From a phage: 64,000 nucleotides of DNA. Shown here piece by piece: positions 17,658 through 27,399 of this stretch. A model generated the notes under the pieces. The model searched no databases. It saw nothing but the letters and a program-made list of their open reading frames with translations, and was not told the origin of the DNA. The stretch lies in NCBI GenBank assembly GCA_018175075.1, contig GCA_018175075.1_4100.1, one strand, 5' to 3'. Each line of letters opens with the position of its first letter. The first letter of the stretch is position 1. Both the position numbers and the translations under genes were made by a program.

Positions 17658-17992
17658 TGGAGTACTTTATTGATTTACTGCCGTGGTATATGAAAGTTAG
17701 TACCATGTACTATATTATTAGTGCTGGATTCTACTTTCTGATGTGGTTCTTTAAACGACCAATTTCAGTATTCATCGCTGATAACATGCTGCAATTAAAA
17801 TTACACGCATGGTTTGGTATGGCGATGATTATGCCTATTATTCACTACTCAATGATTAGTAGAGGTTTCCGTTCTAATGGTGAACCAATTGTATTAGTAT
17901 TCTATTGGGGTTCAACTATTGCATATGTAAGTTTGTTGTTGTTCCCAGTCGTTCATAAGTTACGTGCTAAAGTTCCTGATGCGAGGTACTAA
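17654..17992 (+). CDS. membrane protein, TM-FK paralog family
   Basis: 112 aa; MWFFKRPISVF; tail LRAKVPDARY. Confidence 0.65.
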   Translation: MMEYFIDLLPWYMKVSTMYYIISAGFYFLMWFFKRPISVFIADNMLQLKLHAWFGMAMIMPIIHYSMISRGFRSNGEPIVLVFYWGSTIAYVSLLLFPVVHKLRAKVPDARY

Positions 17993-18306
17993 TGGATATA
18001 GTAACATTGATTTACACGTTGTATTCATTCTATTTCATTATGTGTTGGGTTGGATTTTTATTTGTACTCAAGATGTTTGATTATGTTGAAAAACAGATAA
18101 AAGAATTTTGTATTCCTTTTATCGGTTCAACCATTATTAGTGTTTCTTGTGTGTATTTTTTGGTTTTTGATCCACCAGATAACACTGCAATGATTGACTT
18201 GATGTTACTACCAACAACTGTTACTTTTTTATGTAGTCTGATGCCGCCGATTAGCCGTGGACTAACAGAATTTAGACGCAATCAAAAGCGTAAACGAGGG
18301 ATGTAA
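17992..18306 (+). CDS. membrane protein, TM-FK paralog family (diverged)
   Basis: 104 aa; tail RRNQKRKRGM. Confidence 0.6.
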   Translation: MDIVTLIYTLYSFYFIMCWVGFLFVLKMFDYVEKQIKEFCIPFIGSTIISVSCVYFLVFDPPDNTAMIDLMLLPTTVTFLCSLMPPISRGLTEFRRNQKRKRGM

Positions 18307-18674
18307 TGGAAATTGCTCTTATTATCTTAACTGCTATGCTGTTTATTAGTACTGTGGTTATAATTGGTAAATTCTTTTGTGTATCATTTTTAGAAACGGT
18401 ATACGATGAAATTGCTGATGATTATGAATTACAAGCCGGATTTTTCATTACGTATTGGCTTAGTTTATTTTGTCTAGTCATTGCTTGGATTTTACATATC
18501 TTTAAATGGGGTATGGTAGACGGTGATCCTATTATGGCAATTATTGTTCTAGTGTTTGGTATCCTTGGTGGTGCAGTGCATAATCTAATGGTTATCTGGC
18601 AAACTGTTCAATATGTTTTGGTTCCCTATTTCGAAAAGATGCACAGTACAATTAAAAAACGTAAACGAGGTTAG
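18306..18674 (+). CDS. membrane protein, TM-FK paralog family (diverged)
   Basis: 122 aa; tail IKKRKRG. Confidence 0.6.
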   Translation: MEIALIILTAMLFISTVVIIGKFFCVSFLETVYDEIADDYELQAGFFITYWLSLFCLVIAWILHIFKWGMVDGDPIMAIIVLVFGILGGAVHNLMVIWQTVQYVLVPYFEKMHSTIKKRKRG

Positions 18675-18675
18675 T

Positions 18676-19038
18676 ATGAACGGGATAGAATTATCTTTTG
18701 TTGGTCAATTACTAGTAATGGCGTATACATTTATCTTCTCACTGAATGCATTCGTGTGCATTGGGAAGTACTTCCATAAGCGACCATTATCAAATATATA
18801 TGATGTAATCCAAAAGAGATATAGTCCAGCATATACTGTGTTGGGTACAGTATTCAATTTTGGTTTTATTGTATTAATAATTGGACTGTTCACATCCTCT
18901 TTGAATACAATAACCTTCGGTCTTATGATATGTTCATTGGTATTAGCCGTAATTATATGTTGTTTAGTACTGCACCTTGTGGTACTATTGTATATAAAGA
19001 TCTCTGAAATCCACCAACGTTTGGGTATGAGGAAATAA
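18676..19038 (+). CDS. membrane protein, TM-FK paralog family
   Basis: GAGG SD; start MNGIELSF (track start 18613 overlaps upstream gene); GKYFHKRPL. Confidence 0.6.
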   Translation: MNGIELSFVGQLLVMAYTFIFSLNAFVCIGKYFHKRPLSNIYDVIQKRYSPAYTVLGTVFNFGFIVLIIGLFTSSLNTITFGLMICSLVLAVIICCLVLHLVVLLYIKISEIHQRLGMRK

Positions 19039-19039
19039 T

Positions 19040-19411
19040 ATGAGTTACCGTGAGATATTTTCCATTATTTCAATTATTATGTTCAGTACTGGAACACTGG
19101 TATGGTTATTATACTTCTTCTGTATTAATCCAGTGTATAATATGTTATGTAATATTAAATCAAGTGCCGGATATATCACTTTTATGGTCTTTATGGGATA
19201 TTATTGTCTAAGCATTTTAGGTGTTGTTTTGGTTGTTATATTTGATGTGGGACCAAATAGTGATGGTATGGAAATACATGAATTAATAACCATGTTTGGA
19301 TGTATGATACCAACAGCACTACTGTTTGTAGCTACTGGTAGTGGATTGATAAAATTATATAATTATTTAAAATCCATTCATAATTCCATTCATAATAAGC
19401 GTATGTCATAA
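19040..19411 (+). CDS. membrane protein, TM-FK paralog family (diverged)
   Basis: 123 aa; GAGGA SD; hydrophobic helices, basic tail. Confidence 0.6.
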   Translation: MSYREIFSIISIIMFSTGTLVWLLYFFCINPVYNMLCNIKSSAGYITFMVFMGYYCLSILGVVLVVIFDVGPNSDGMEIHELITMFGCMIPTALLFVATGSGLIKLYNYLKSIHNSIHNKRMS

Positions 19412-19428
19412 TAAAAAATCCAGTACTA

Positions 19429-19450
19429 TTAAGTACTGGATGTATAAGGA
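19429..19450. terminator. palindromic hairpin between convergent gene blocks
   Basis: TCCAGTAC-TATTAA-GTACTGGA, no U-tract. Confidence 0.4.
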
Positions 19451-19453
19451 GTT

Positions 19454-20116
19454 ATGATGAAATCAAAATTAGGTTTGTTTTATAAAAACTATTTTGTTAA
19501 ACAACGTAAATTTATAAAAAAATATTTCTCTGGCGAGAAGTCTAGTCCTATAATCTTTAAAAGACCAAGTTATAATACTTACTTAGCTGGTGCTAAACAG
19601 TCTAAGAAATTTATTACTCTTTTACATAAAAACAAAATTAAAGCTTCTTATGTTGAAACGAGAAGAAACTCATCAATAACTCCTGGTGATTTTATTGAGT
19701 ACGGATGTTTCAATATTAAGTACAATGATAATACATACTTTATGGATATTGATTGTAATACATCCAATCTTTTTAACATTGTAGTAAATCCATTAAAACA
19801 ATATAATGTTTATGGTGATTCTATTATCAAATTAATCAAAAACAAAGATAGCTTTGATTTTGAAATAAATGTTTTAGATGATAATTTTGACGAAGTACCA
19901 GTAAACCCTGAAATCTGTGATATTTTAAACAGTTTAAAAGGTAGTACCTACACTATATCATCTGATTTAATGTTTCAGTACTCATTAATCCATAAAGATA
20001 TTGAAAAGTATATTGAATGCTCCAAAATTTTGAATTATCTTTACGATGAATTTAAAAAGAGTTCTAAAATAACCGCATACACTTTGTACAATATTCCTAA
20101 AATGGTGAATCTTTGA
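19454..20116 (+). CDS. hypothetical protein, basic N-terminus
   Basis: 220 aa; AAGGAG SD; last + strand gene, converges on the - strand array. Confidence 0.6.
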   Translation: MMKSKLGLFYKNYFVKQRKFIKKYFSGEKSSPIIFKRPSYNTYLAGAKQSKKFITLLHKNKIKASYVETRRNSSITPGDFIEYGCFNIKYNDNTYFMDIDCNTSNLFNIVVNPLKQYNVYGDSIIKLIKNKDSFDFEINVLDDNFDEVPVNPEICDILNSLKGSTYTISSDLMFQYSLIHKDIEKYIECSKILNYLYDEFKKSSKITAYTLYNIPKMVNL

Positions 20117-20993
20117 CAAATACAGTACTGGCAACTCCACCGTCTGTAACATATTGTCCAGTACTGTAAATTTGTATACCATCGGTTAAGTAAGTTCTGT
20201 ATAAAGTTGCTGTAACATATACGTTATTCATATTCATCTCTATTGGTAGTACACATTTGGTATAGGCTGAGACATCTGTTTGTGTACCTATACCTAATTG
20301 ACCTGCGTTATCGCCTGTGTTATAACCAGTTGCGTAAACACCTAATGAAGTTATAATATGATTAGAAAAATATGAATAACCCACACTGCTTCTTATTATA
20401 TCACCTGGTGCTTGTGTTGTTTGTCTTAACGAAATATATGTTTGTGATGTAGAACCATTTGCTAACTGACCAAAGTATTGTCCACCACCATGATATGCAA
20501 ATAATTTATTACTACTATTATTACTTGCTATAGCAAAAGCGAAGTAACTTGAGTTTGTTGTATAATCTTTCACCGTATAGGTATTAGTTATTTGAGAACA
20601 TAACGTGTACTTTGAATATAACGTCATGTCGGTTGTACCTACGCCTGATATTGCACCAGTATAATACAATCTCCCATCGGTTCCAATAAATCCTTGCATA
20701 AGAAAATTTGCCAGTATTTTGGATGGTGTTACTCCAGTAGGTACTGTTCCTTGTACAAATGATGAAAGTGAATCGGTACTTCTACCATTTCCCAGTTGTC
20801 CATAACTACCATAACCCGTATTCCATATCGTGTTGTCTGTACATAATACGCTTAATGCACCTGCACTAACTGCAATTTGTTTTATTGTTTTTCCAAGTGC
20901 TGTTATCCTATCAAACACTATCTTTGCAGAAGCCCACGTTGTTGACTTATCAGTTGATAAACCGAATGATGCACCATTTCCAGCATACCACAT
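20097..20993 (-). CDS. RCC1-like repeat protein, C-terminal part of a frameshifted gene
   Basis: GYGSYGQLGNG, DNAGQLGIGT; frame stays open upstream of the listed Met to about 21058. Confidence 0.7.
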   Translation of the reverse strand: MWYAGNGASFGLSTDKSTTWASAKIVFDRITALGKTIKQIAVSAGALSVLCTDNTIWNTGYGSYGQLGNGRSTDSLSSFVQGTVPTGVTPSKILANFLMQGFIGTDGRLYYTGAISGVGTTDMTLYSKYTLCSQITNTYTVKDYTTNSSYFAFAIASNNSSNKLFAYHGGGQYFGQLANGSTSQTYISLRQTTQAPGDIIRSSVGYSYFSNHIITSLGVYATGYNTGDNAGQLGIGTQTDVSAYTKCVLPIEMNMNNVYVTATLYRTYLTDGIQIYSTGQYVTDGGVASTVFVKDSPF

Positions 20994-21024
20994 CGTATTA
21001 TCTTTCTTTTTAATTAATGTTGAC

Positions 21025-21249
21025 TCATACCCGAACCCATAGATCTTCTACGTTTGTATTGCACAAAACCCATTTGGTTTGTGTTATAATATTACCTATA
21101 CCCATTTGCCCAAACTCTTGAGAGCCTCTACTGTACAACGTACCATCTGACATAAGGGCAAAAACTGTTGTATCAGATGAAGCTATTTTTGTAACAGAAG
21201 GTTGTATGTTCTTTTTTGATGATGTGATAATTCTTCCAAAGGGTAGCAT
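21025..21249 (-). CDS. RCC1-like repeat protein, N-terminal fragment (MLPF leader)
   Basis: GGAGG SD; MLPFGRIITS...QEFGQMGIGN; ends EDLWVRV* where paralogs continue. Confidence 0.65.
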   Translation of the reverse strand: MLPFGRIITSSKKNIQPSVTKIASSDTTVFALMSDGTLYSRGSQEFGQMGIGNIITQTKWVLCNTNVEDLWVRV

Positions 21250-21320
21250 TGTATCCTCCAAATGTAAATCGTTATTATATTTAGGACAAAAAAATGCCAG
21301 TACAAAATACTGGCTTTATT
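21250..21320 (-). promoter_or_regulatory. RCC1-array cassette (diverged copy)
   Basis: GCCAGTAT-TTT-GTACTGGC hairpin, TATAAT, GGAGG SD. Confidence 0.5.
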
Positions 21321-22526
21321 TTATATACCACGACTGGGTATTTTATATAATTGAAATTTAGTGTAATAATCAGAAACTGTTGTACCTGTCGCTTGTGGGA
21401 TATAGCCACTCAAATACACATCCCCTTGATTATCCATATACACATTTGTACATTCACTTGGACAGAATAACTCGATGCTGCCAACTTTAGGTGCATCAAC
21501 TGGAACTACAAATGTAGTACTTGATGTTGTATTACCGCGACCGAGCCTACCATATGTGTTTATACCACACATATAAAGTGAATTGTTAGTTTTAACCGTA
21601 AGACCACCATATGTTAATGAATTTGATTTCATTATCATATCATCTGATATTGGTAGAGTGGAGATTGTAGATAATACTGTCCCTGATGAAGCGGCTGAAC
21701 CATTACCCAAGTTACCTTCCGATTGAATCCCACTTGCACGAACTGTATATGTATTATTCGTGTTGTGTTTAGATACAACCCATGATGCACTCCCACCAAG
21801 TTCATAATGTATAACAGTATTGTTGGCTAATGCACCCATTTGTGTCCATACTCTAATGTTAGTTTCACCATTACTTATACCAAGTGAACCCCATGTGTTT
21901 TGACCAGTTACCCAAAGTGTTTTATCAATTTTCTGCACAATCACTGCACTTGAACCTGTTTTTACACTATCCACATTCGTATTAATTGAAGTAAATGTTG
22001 ATAATCTTGTGGTTGTGTTATTACCAAAATATCCCTGTGTATTTGCCCCCATTCCATATAGCGTACCATTTTGAAGTAAAACAAAAATACCCTCCCCTAC
22101 AATTTGAATGTCCTTAATTTGCGACAATTGTGTTGCATTGAATACTGATGTAAAATATGAAGTACAATCAGTATAAGTACTGACAGTACTTAATCCTGCA
22201 CCAATAGCTCTACCTACGCCACTGTAATAAAATTTATTATCTTCGGTTTGGATTAAATTAAAAGAACCTTGGGCTGTTCTAAAACGTTTTACATTTTGGT
22301 ATATTAAAGTCCACTCTTTTACTTTCGCATTAGGTACACCATTTCCGAATCCATAGTTTTGTGAACTAGTTCCACCTATACCCATTAAGTCTCCATTTTT
22401 ATATAATAGTAAGAGTGCTGTTGCTGGAATAACTGACGCACTATAACCATTGTAAATAAAGATTTCTTTCACTTCAGGAACTTTCATTTTATTTGCGTAT
22501 TTTATCATCCTTGGAAAAGGTAACAT
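21321..22526 (-). CDS. RCC1-like beta-propeller protein with MLPF leader
   Basis: MLPFPRMIKYAN; NTWGSLGISNG, GINTYGRLGRGN, QSEGNLGNGS. Confidence 0.8.
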   Translation of the reverse strand: MLPFPRMIKYANKMKVPEVKEIFIYNGYSASVIPATALLLLYKNGDLMGIGGTSSQNYGFGNGVPNAKVKEWTLIYQNVKRFRTAQGSFNLIQTEDNKFYYSGVGRAIGAGLSTVSTYTDCTSYFTSVFNATQLSQIKDIQIVGEGIFVLLQNGTLYGMGANTQGYFGNNTTTRLSTFTSINTNVDSVKTGSSAVIVQKIDKTLWVTGQNTWGSLGISNGETNIRVWTQMGALANNTVIHYELGGSASWVVSKHNTNNTYTVRASGIQSEGNLGNGSAASSGTVLSTISTLPISDDMIMKSNSLTYGGLTVKTNNSLYMCGINTYGRLGRGNTTSSTTFVVPVDAPKVGSIELFCPSECTNVYMDNQGDVYLSGYIPQATGTTVSDYYTKFQLYKIPSRGI

Positions 22527-22597
22527 AAAATCCTCCTTTATTCATTATACTATATTTAATCAAAAAGAAAAGCCAGTGTTAAGTACTGGCATAAAAT
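22527..22597 (-). promoter_or_regulatory. RCC1-array cassette: hairpin + promoter + SD
   Basis: mRNA sense GCCAGTACTTAACACTGGC...TTAAATATAGTATAATGAATAAAGGAGG. Confidence 0.6.
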
Positions 22598-23767
22598 CTA
22601 AGCAGAAGGCATATTCTTCATCTTAATAAATGAAAATTGTGTACCAGTATTTGTGGTTTGATCAGTAAAATATGAATTACTCCCAGCCCAGTACAATTCA
22701 TTATTGACTATACAATATATAACAGAACTCGAACTCTGTGAATACACACGACTTATATTTGATTGTTCTACTCCAGTACTGAACTGAACTACCCCCAACT
22801 GTGAACTTGGTATTACATTAGTTGGTCTACCTAAACCGTTAACACCCGCTCCACCACCACATGTATATACTCCAGTACTATCAGTTGATATATTAACATA
22901 ACCATTTCCGGCATTTTCAAATAGTATTTCACTGGGAACAACACCAAATCCTGTAAGATCTATTTTCCTGAATGTAGTGTAAACAGTAGAACCACCAACA
23001 CCTCTTCCACCATAATCATTAGAACCAGCCATATAGATACTATATCCAGAACTTCCTAAACATAATAACTGTACGTTGTCATATAAAATTTGCATAGATA
23101 TAACGTTATCAGGAATACTCAATACCGTAAAAGTAGTTAAAGAAGAACTTCCAATATTACTACCAACCGATGTTCCACATCTGTAGTACTTACCGCCTTT
23201 TATATAATGGAACGATGAACCGCCTAACTTATGTGCTCCTATTTCACTTACCCCAGTATCTATAAGAATGGGAGATACAACTTTGTTATTAACACCTAAC
23301 TCAGATCTACTGTTCATACCGAACCCATATAAACGACCATCTAACATCAATATTAGTGTACTACCTGACGTACCTGCTGACGTAAATTCTATATTCTTTA
23401 TTTGCGACACGTCAATACCTACAAATAATGAAGTTACTTCAGTCCAGTTAACATATGAACCACTAGCCCCAAAATATCCACCCATGTATAGTCCGGCACA
23501 ATATAACTTATTATCAACCGTCTTTATTAATGTACCGGATACACACGCCCAAAAATCATCAACTTCATAGGGTACATGTACCCAACCACCTAATACATCA
23601 CTATCATTCCCTGTTCCTAATTTGTAGTTCGATCCAGAACCACGCATATACATATTCCCTGTACTATAAAGTAATCCGACATGTAATTGACTACCATCCA
23701 ATTTCTTTATTTCGGGAAGAGTTGGTTTAATATTTCCGTACTTTAACATTCTTCCAAAAGGTAACAT
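22598..23767 (-). CDS. RCC1-like beta-propeller protein with MLPF leader
   Basis: start at MLPFGRMLKYGNI behind GGAGG; GSNYKLGTGND, NSRSELGVNN. Confidence 0.8.
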   Translation of the reverse strand: MLPFGRMLKYGNIKPTLPEIKKLDGSQLHVGLLYSTGNMYMRGSGSNYKLGTGNDSDVLGGWVHVPYEVDDFWACVSGTLIKTVDNKLYCAGLYMGGYFGASGSYVNWTEVTSLFVGIDVSQIKNIEFTSAGTSGSTLILMLDGRLYGFGMNSRSELGVNNKVVSPILIDTGVSEIGAHKLGGSSFHYIKGGKYYRCGTSVGSNIGSSSLTTFTVLSIPDNVISMQILYDNVQLLCLGSSGYSIYMAGSNDYGGRGVGGSTVYTTFRKIDLTGFGVVPSEILFENAGNGYVNISTDSTGVYTCGGGAGVNGLGRPTNVIPSSQLGVVQFSTGVEQSNISRVYSQSSSSVIYCIVNNELYWAGSNSYFTDQTTNTGTQFSFIKMKNMPSA

Positions 23768-23845
23768 AATTCCTCCTTTATTCATTATACTATATTTAAT
23801 ACAAATAAGAAAGCCAGTACAAAGTACTGGCATAGTTTTATAGTA
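23768..23845 (-). promoter_or_regulatory. RCC1-array cassette: hairpin + promoter + SD
   Basis: GCCAGTAC-TTT-GTACTGGC then TTAAATATAGTATAATGAATAAAGGAGG. Confidence 0.6.
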
Positions 23846-24955
23846 TTATTTCGGCATTGTAATTGCAGACCATGAGTTCGTGGTAATAGGACCTGGCACA
23901 TACAAAAAAGAACCACAAGCATAAATTTGATTATTACCATCAAATACTATACTAAAATGTGCACATGTGTATAATGCTGATTTTTCTGGGTTGTAATTAT
24001 CTAAAGTTAGTGTATTGGTGAATCTACTCAAACCACCACCAGAACCATTTCTACCAAATTCACCAGTACTGTATATCTTTCCTTCGGTTGTTGCGTACAT
24101 ATTAACATATGAAGTCGCACTTGATTTTGATATTTTATGTATCTTACTATCAATAGTAGTGGAGTTAAATGCAAATGGATATACTTGTGTGTTCGTTGTA
24201 ATACCGTTACCAAGTTGACCAATATACTGCCAACCTGCGTTGTATATATTGCTGGCTGAATAAGCAAGAGTACCAGTACTGTTACCACCAAATAGTTTAA
24301 CACTTGTTAACCTGCTTACTAGTGTAGTATACTGTCCGGGACTTACGCCAAGTGAACCATATCCACTGCTCCCGCAACCGAGAAGTTCATTATTTGATGT
24401 TAATATTAATGTGTTATTCTGTGTACCCAATATATCAAGGACTGTATTAGCTCCGGTATTAACAACTGAAACAAAAGTACTCTGAACCGTGGAATACCCA
24501 CCACCGAGTGAATAGTTACCATTCATGCCTCTACCATAAACAATCGAACCACTAGCATCAACGTAGTGCATTGTATCTGCACCAATTGATATCATTTTAA
24601 TATTAGATATATGTGGAAATGAAGAAGTAACATTCAAACCACCCAACGGAATCATAGTATTTCCTGTGCCTAATTGTGTGGTAACTCCATGCATTATGAA
24701 TTCTTCACCCTTGAGATAAAGAATATTGTACGCACCAGCCCATGCATCAGTAACACCTTCTGAAATTAATATCCAAGTATTTCTTGTTGCTGTATTTTCA
24801 ACGTTTAACTGCAAATACGTATTAACCCCACAACCATAAAGTGAGCCATCGCCATAGAGGACGTACAAATTATCAAGACCGCACAGAACTTTCTTTATCT
24901 TTGGAGCTTCAGGTGCAATATTTCCGTACTTAACCATTCTAGCAAAAGGTAACAT
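23846..24955 (-). CDS. RCC1-like beta-propeller protein with MLPF leader
   Basis: MLPFARMVKYGNI; SGYGSLGVS, QYIGQLGNGIT. Confidence 0.8.
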   Translation of the reverse strand: MLPFARMVKYGNIAPEAPKIKKVLCGLDNLYVLYGDGSLYGCGVNTYLQLNVENTATRNTWILISEGVTDAWAGAYNILYLKGEEFIMHGVTTQLGTGNTMIPLGGLNVTSSFPHISNIKMISIGADTMHYVDASGSIVYGRGMNGNYSLGGGYSTVQSTFVSVVNTGANTVLDILGTQNNTLILTSNNELLGCGSSGYGSLGVSPGQYTTLVSRLTSVKLFGGNSTGTLAYSASNIYNAGWQYIGQLGNGITTNTQVYPFAFNSTTIDSKIHKISKSSATSYVNMYATTEGKIYSTGEFGRNGSGGGLSRFTNTLTLDNYNPEKSALYTCAHFSIVFDGNNQIYACGSFLYVPGPITTNSWSAITMPK

Positions 24956-24965
24956 AAATTCCTCC

Positions 24966-25367
24966 TTAAATTTGTGGCAATTGGTATTCAGTTAAAGTCC
25001 ATGTACCAACAACTGTCCCTACTGGAGACATACCAGTGTAGTATAATTTCCCACTCACATATGCAAATAATGCATTGTCATTCGCAGCAACCAACGATGT
25101 TGACGGATCATAAACTACAGAATTTGGAAATTGTGCTTGGACGAAAATTGAAGCATTATTAGATGAATTGTTACCAAGCTGTCCATAATTATTATACCCT
25201 GTTCCAAAAATACGACTTCCATTTCTATATAATAATCCCCTAGGGTTTTGTGAATATGTTTGTATAAATTCAAAATCGGAAACATTAGTTAATTGTAAAT
25301 AAGTACTTTGTGGCGTTAAAGATATCTTATTAGTATTAGATAGAACACCATTTCCTAATTGTCCGTG
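24966..25367 (-). pseudogene. RCC1-like protein, displaced C-terminal 133 codons of the 25336..26145 gene
   Basis: stop-free frame, no usable ATG: HGQLGNGVLSNT...NNYGQLGNNSS...TLTEYQLPQI*. Confidence 0.65.
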
Positions 25368-26145
25368 AATTTTGTGACCCTACACCATATAGCGGATAAG
25401 TATTATCTACATTAAGAACTATACCCAACATATTGTTATATGAAATTATATCAACTGGGTACTGGCCTGTAGGAAAACTATACTTTGTCCAACTCGTCAA
25501 AGTATCAGTAGCAGAACCAGTTAACAATGTACCAGTACTAGTTTTACCACATCTCCATGCTGAATTATCATTTTTAATTATCCAAGTTGGACTATTGAAA
25601 AATGAACTAACCTTTTTAACATTAATATTAACCTGTGTAAATGATGTAAGTGTAGATGAACTACTACCCAACTCATAGGTTGAATTATCACCTATTGCGT
25701 AAAGAACACTATCATTTGTTAGTAAAAACATATTACGAACATTTGGATATATCTCCTTGATATTATCCACATTAAAACCTGAAAAATAAGACGTACAATC
25801 AACAAATGTAGTACTTTGAACTGCCCTAGATGTACCAGTCCAAAAGTTCCAACCTGCATAATAAAATTTATTATCATTGGTCTGAACTAAGCTATATGAA
25901 GCATTCCTTGTGCACCAAAAATTTTTCACATTTTGCATTAAGCGAACCCATTTGGTCTGTGTCGTTGTATTTCCAAGACCGAATATACCAGCATTGTTAC
26001 CGCCAATACCCCACAAATCACCGTTCTTATACAGAATCATCAATGTGTTGTTGGTAAAAGCCGATGGTGCTTGCATTTTAATTACATTAGATTCATATAC
26101 AGGTGCTATATTCCCGTACTTTAACATTCTCCCAAAAGGTAACAT
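25336..26145 (-). CDS. RCC1-like repeat protein with MLPF leader, truncated by frameshift
   Basis: MLPFGRMLKYGNI; NNAGIFGLGNT, DNSTYELGSSS; ends GVGSQNSRTIRKWCSI* inside a repeat motif. Confidence 0.75.
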   Translation of the reverse strand: MLPFGRMLKYGNIAPVYESNVIKMQAPSAFTNNTLMILYKNGDLWGIGGNNAGIFGLGNTTTQTKWVRLMQNVKNFWCTRNASYSLVQTNDNKFYYAGWNFWTGTSRAVQSTTFVDCTSYFSGFNVDNIKEIYPNVRNMFLLTNDSVLYAIGDNSTYELGSSSSTLTSFTQVNINVKKVSSFFNSPTWIIKNDNSAWRCGKTSTGTLLTGSATDTLTSWTKYSFPTGQYPVDIISYNNMLGIVLNVDNTYPLYGVGSQNSRTIRKWCSI

Positions 26146-26153
26146 ATTCCCTC

Positions 26154-27329
26154 CTATTCCGGTAAAATCATTTTCTTCATTTTAACTTGTTGTGTACCTG
26201 GACTCTGTTCCTGAAACATAGACCCGTTACCACACCAGTACACCTCATTAGTACCCACTAACGCGTATAACACACCAGAACCACCTTGTACTGAAAATGC
26301 ATTAACATCTGGTGCAACATCCATATCCTCATATTGTACCTGGTGGTAATAAGATCTTTCTGATGCAGTAGTAACAGGCCAACCAAGAGGAACACCACTA
26401 CCACATGTATAAAGTTTACCATTCTGTGTCATTGCCATTATAAAATAATTCAAACTGTGATTGTTCATCGACCCAGCATCTGGTATAATACCACTAATTG
26501 CAGGAGTGGTACTAAATGGACTCATGATAATAGTAGTGTCGCCATACCCTATTCCTAAACAATAATCAGTGTTTTTTCCAGCAGTATATACATTAATCTT
26601 ATTTCTATTGGATGTAAGTACTGAAGTGGTTTCAGGAGTACATGAAATACCAATAACTGTTCCAGATATATCAGTACTTACTGTAAATGTGGATAGTTTA
26701 GATGAACTTGAACCTAGGTTATAACTTGCATTATTACCACATCTGTAATATTGTCCATTTTTTACAAAATGGAAAGCACCACCCGACTGTGTTCCTGCGA
26801 TTAAAGTAACACCCGTGTTAATCAAAATAGGTGTTGATTTTATTCCAGTAACACCCAATTCACCCCCAGCATTACGGCCTATCCCATATAAGTTACCATC
26901 ACTTAACAGAATTAACAAAGAACCATTGGATGCGGTAGTTTCGGTAGAAGCTATATCTTGAACTGTAGTAAGGCTTGGAATTGTAGACAATATAGATGTA
27001 ATATTAGTCCATCCGGGAACAGGTGATGCAGATACACCGACATAGTTCATTTGCCCTGCTAAGTAAAATTCTCCGTCAGTCGTAAGTATAATTGTCCCTG
27101 CGAATAAACACCAAACATTAGAAACTTTATATGGACACTGTACCCACCCATTTTGTACATACTCCGTACTATTATTTCCTAGCCTATAATGTGCACCACT
27201 TCCACGTAGATATAAGTTACCACTATCAAATAACATACCCATATGTGATGACGATGTACTAATCTTTAATACACCAGAAGGTGCAGGTTTAATATTTCCA
27301 TACTTAACCATTCTTGCAAAAGGTAACAT
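26154..27329 (-). CDS. RCC1-like beta-propeller protein with MLPF leader
   Basis: start at MLPFARMVKYGNI; GAHYRLGNNS, RNAGGELGVTG. Confidence 0.8.
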   Translation of the reverse strand: MLPFARMVKYGNIKPAPSGVLKISTSSSHMGMLFDSGNLYLRGSGAHYRLGNNSTEYVQNGWVQCPYKVSNVWCLFAGTIILTTDGEFYLAGQMNYVGVSASPVPGWTNITSILSTIPSLTTVQDIASTETTASNGSLLILLSDGNLYGIGRNAGGELGVTGIKSTPILINTGVTLIAGTQSGGAFHFVKNGQYYRCGNNASYNLGSSSSKLSTFTVSTDISGTVIGISCTPETTSVLTSNRNKINVYTAGKNTDYCLGIGYGDTTIIMSPFSTTPAISGIIPDAGSMNNHSLNYFIMAMTQNGKLYTCGSGVPLGWPVTTASERSYYHQVQYEDMDVAPDVNAFSVQGGSGVLYALVGTNEVYWCGNGSMFQEQSPGTQQVKMKKMILPE

Positions 27330-27399
27330 ATTTCCTCCTTTATTCATTATACTATATTTAATCAAAAAGAAAAGCCAGTACTCTGTACTGGCCTATATT
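27330..27399 (-). promoter_or_regulatory. RCC1-array cassette: hairpin + promoter + SD
   Basis: same ~70-bp cassette. Confidence 0.6.

Noticed and set aside
405-19000. Minus-strand track ORFs in the left arm (for example 405..593, 757..1077, 1316..1549, 5334..5627, 8362..8829, 9015..9935, 10543..11061, 18081..18281)
   Set aside because: They lie antisense to tightly packed + strand genes that have SD sites and coupling. They have no SD or promoter and an odd Cys/His/Phe-rich composition typical of shadow frames in AT-rich DNA.
24974-25162. 62-aa + strand ORF in the apparent gap between array genes
   Set aside because: The opposite strand carries a 133-codon stop-free RCC1-like frame, the displaced C-terminus of gene 25336..26145. 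The + ORF is its shadow.
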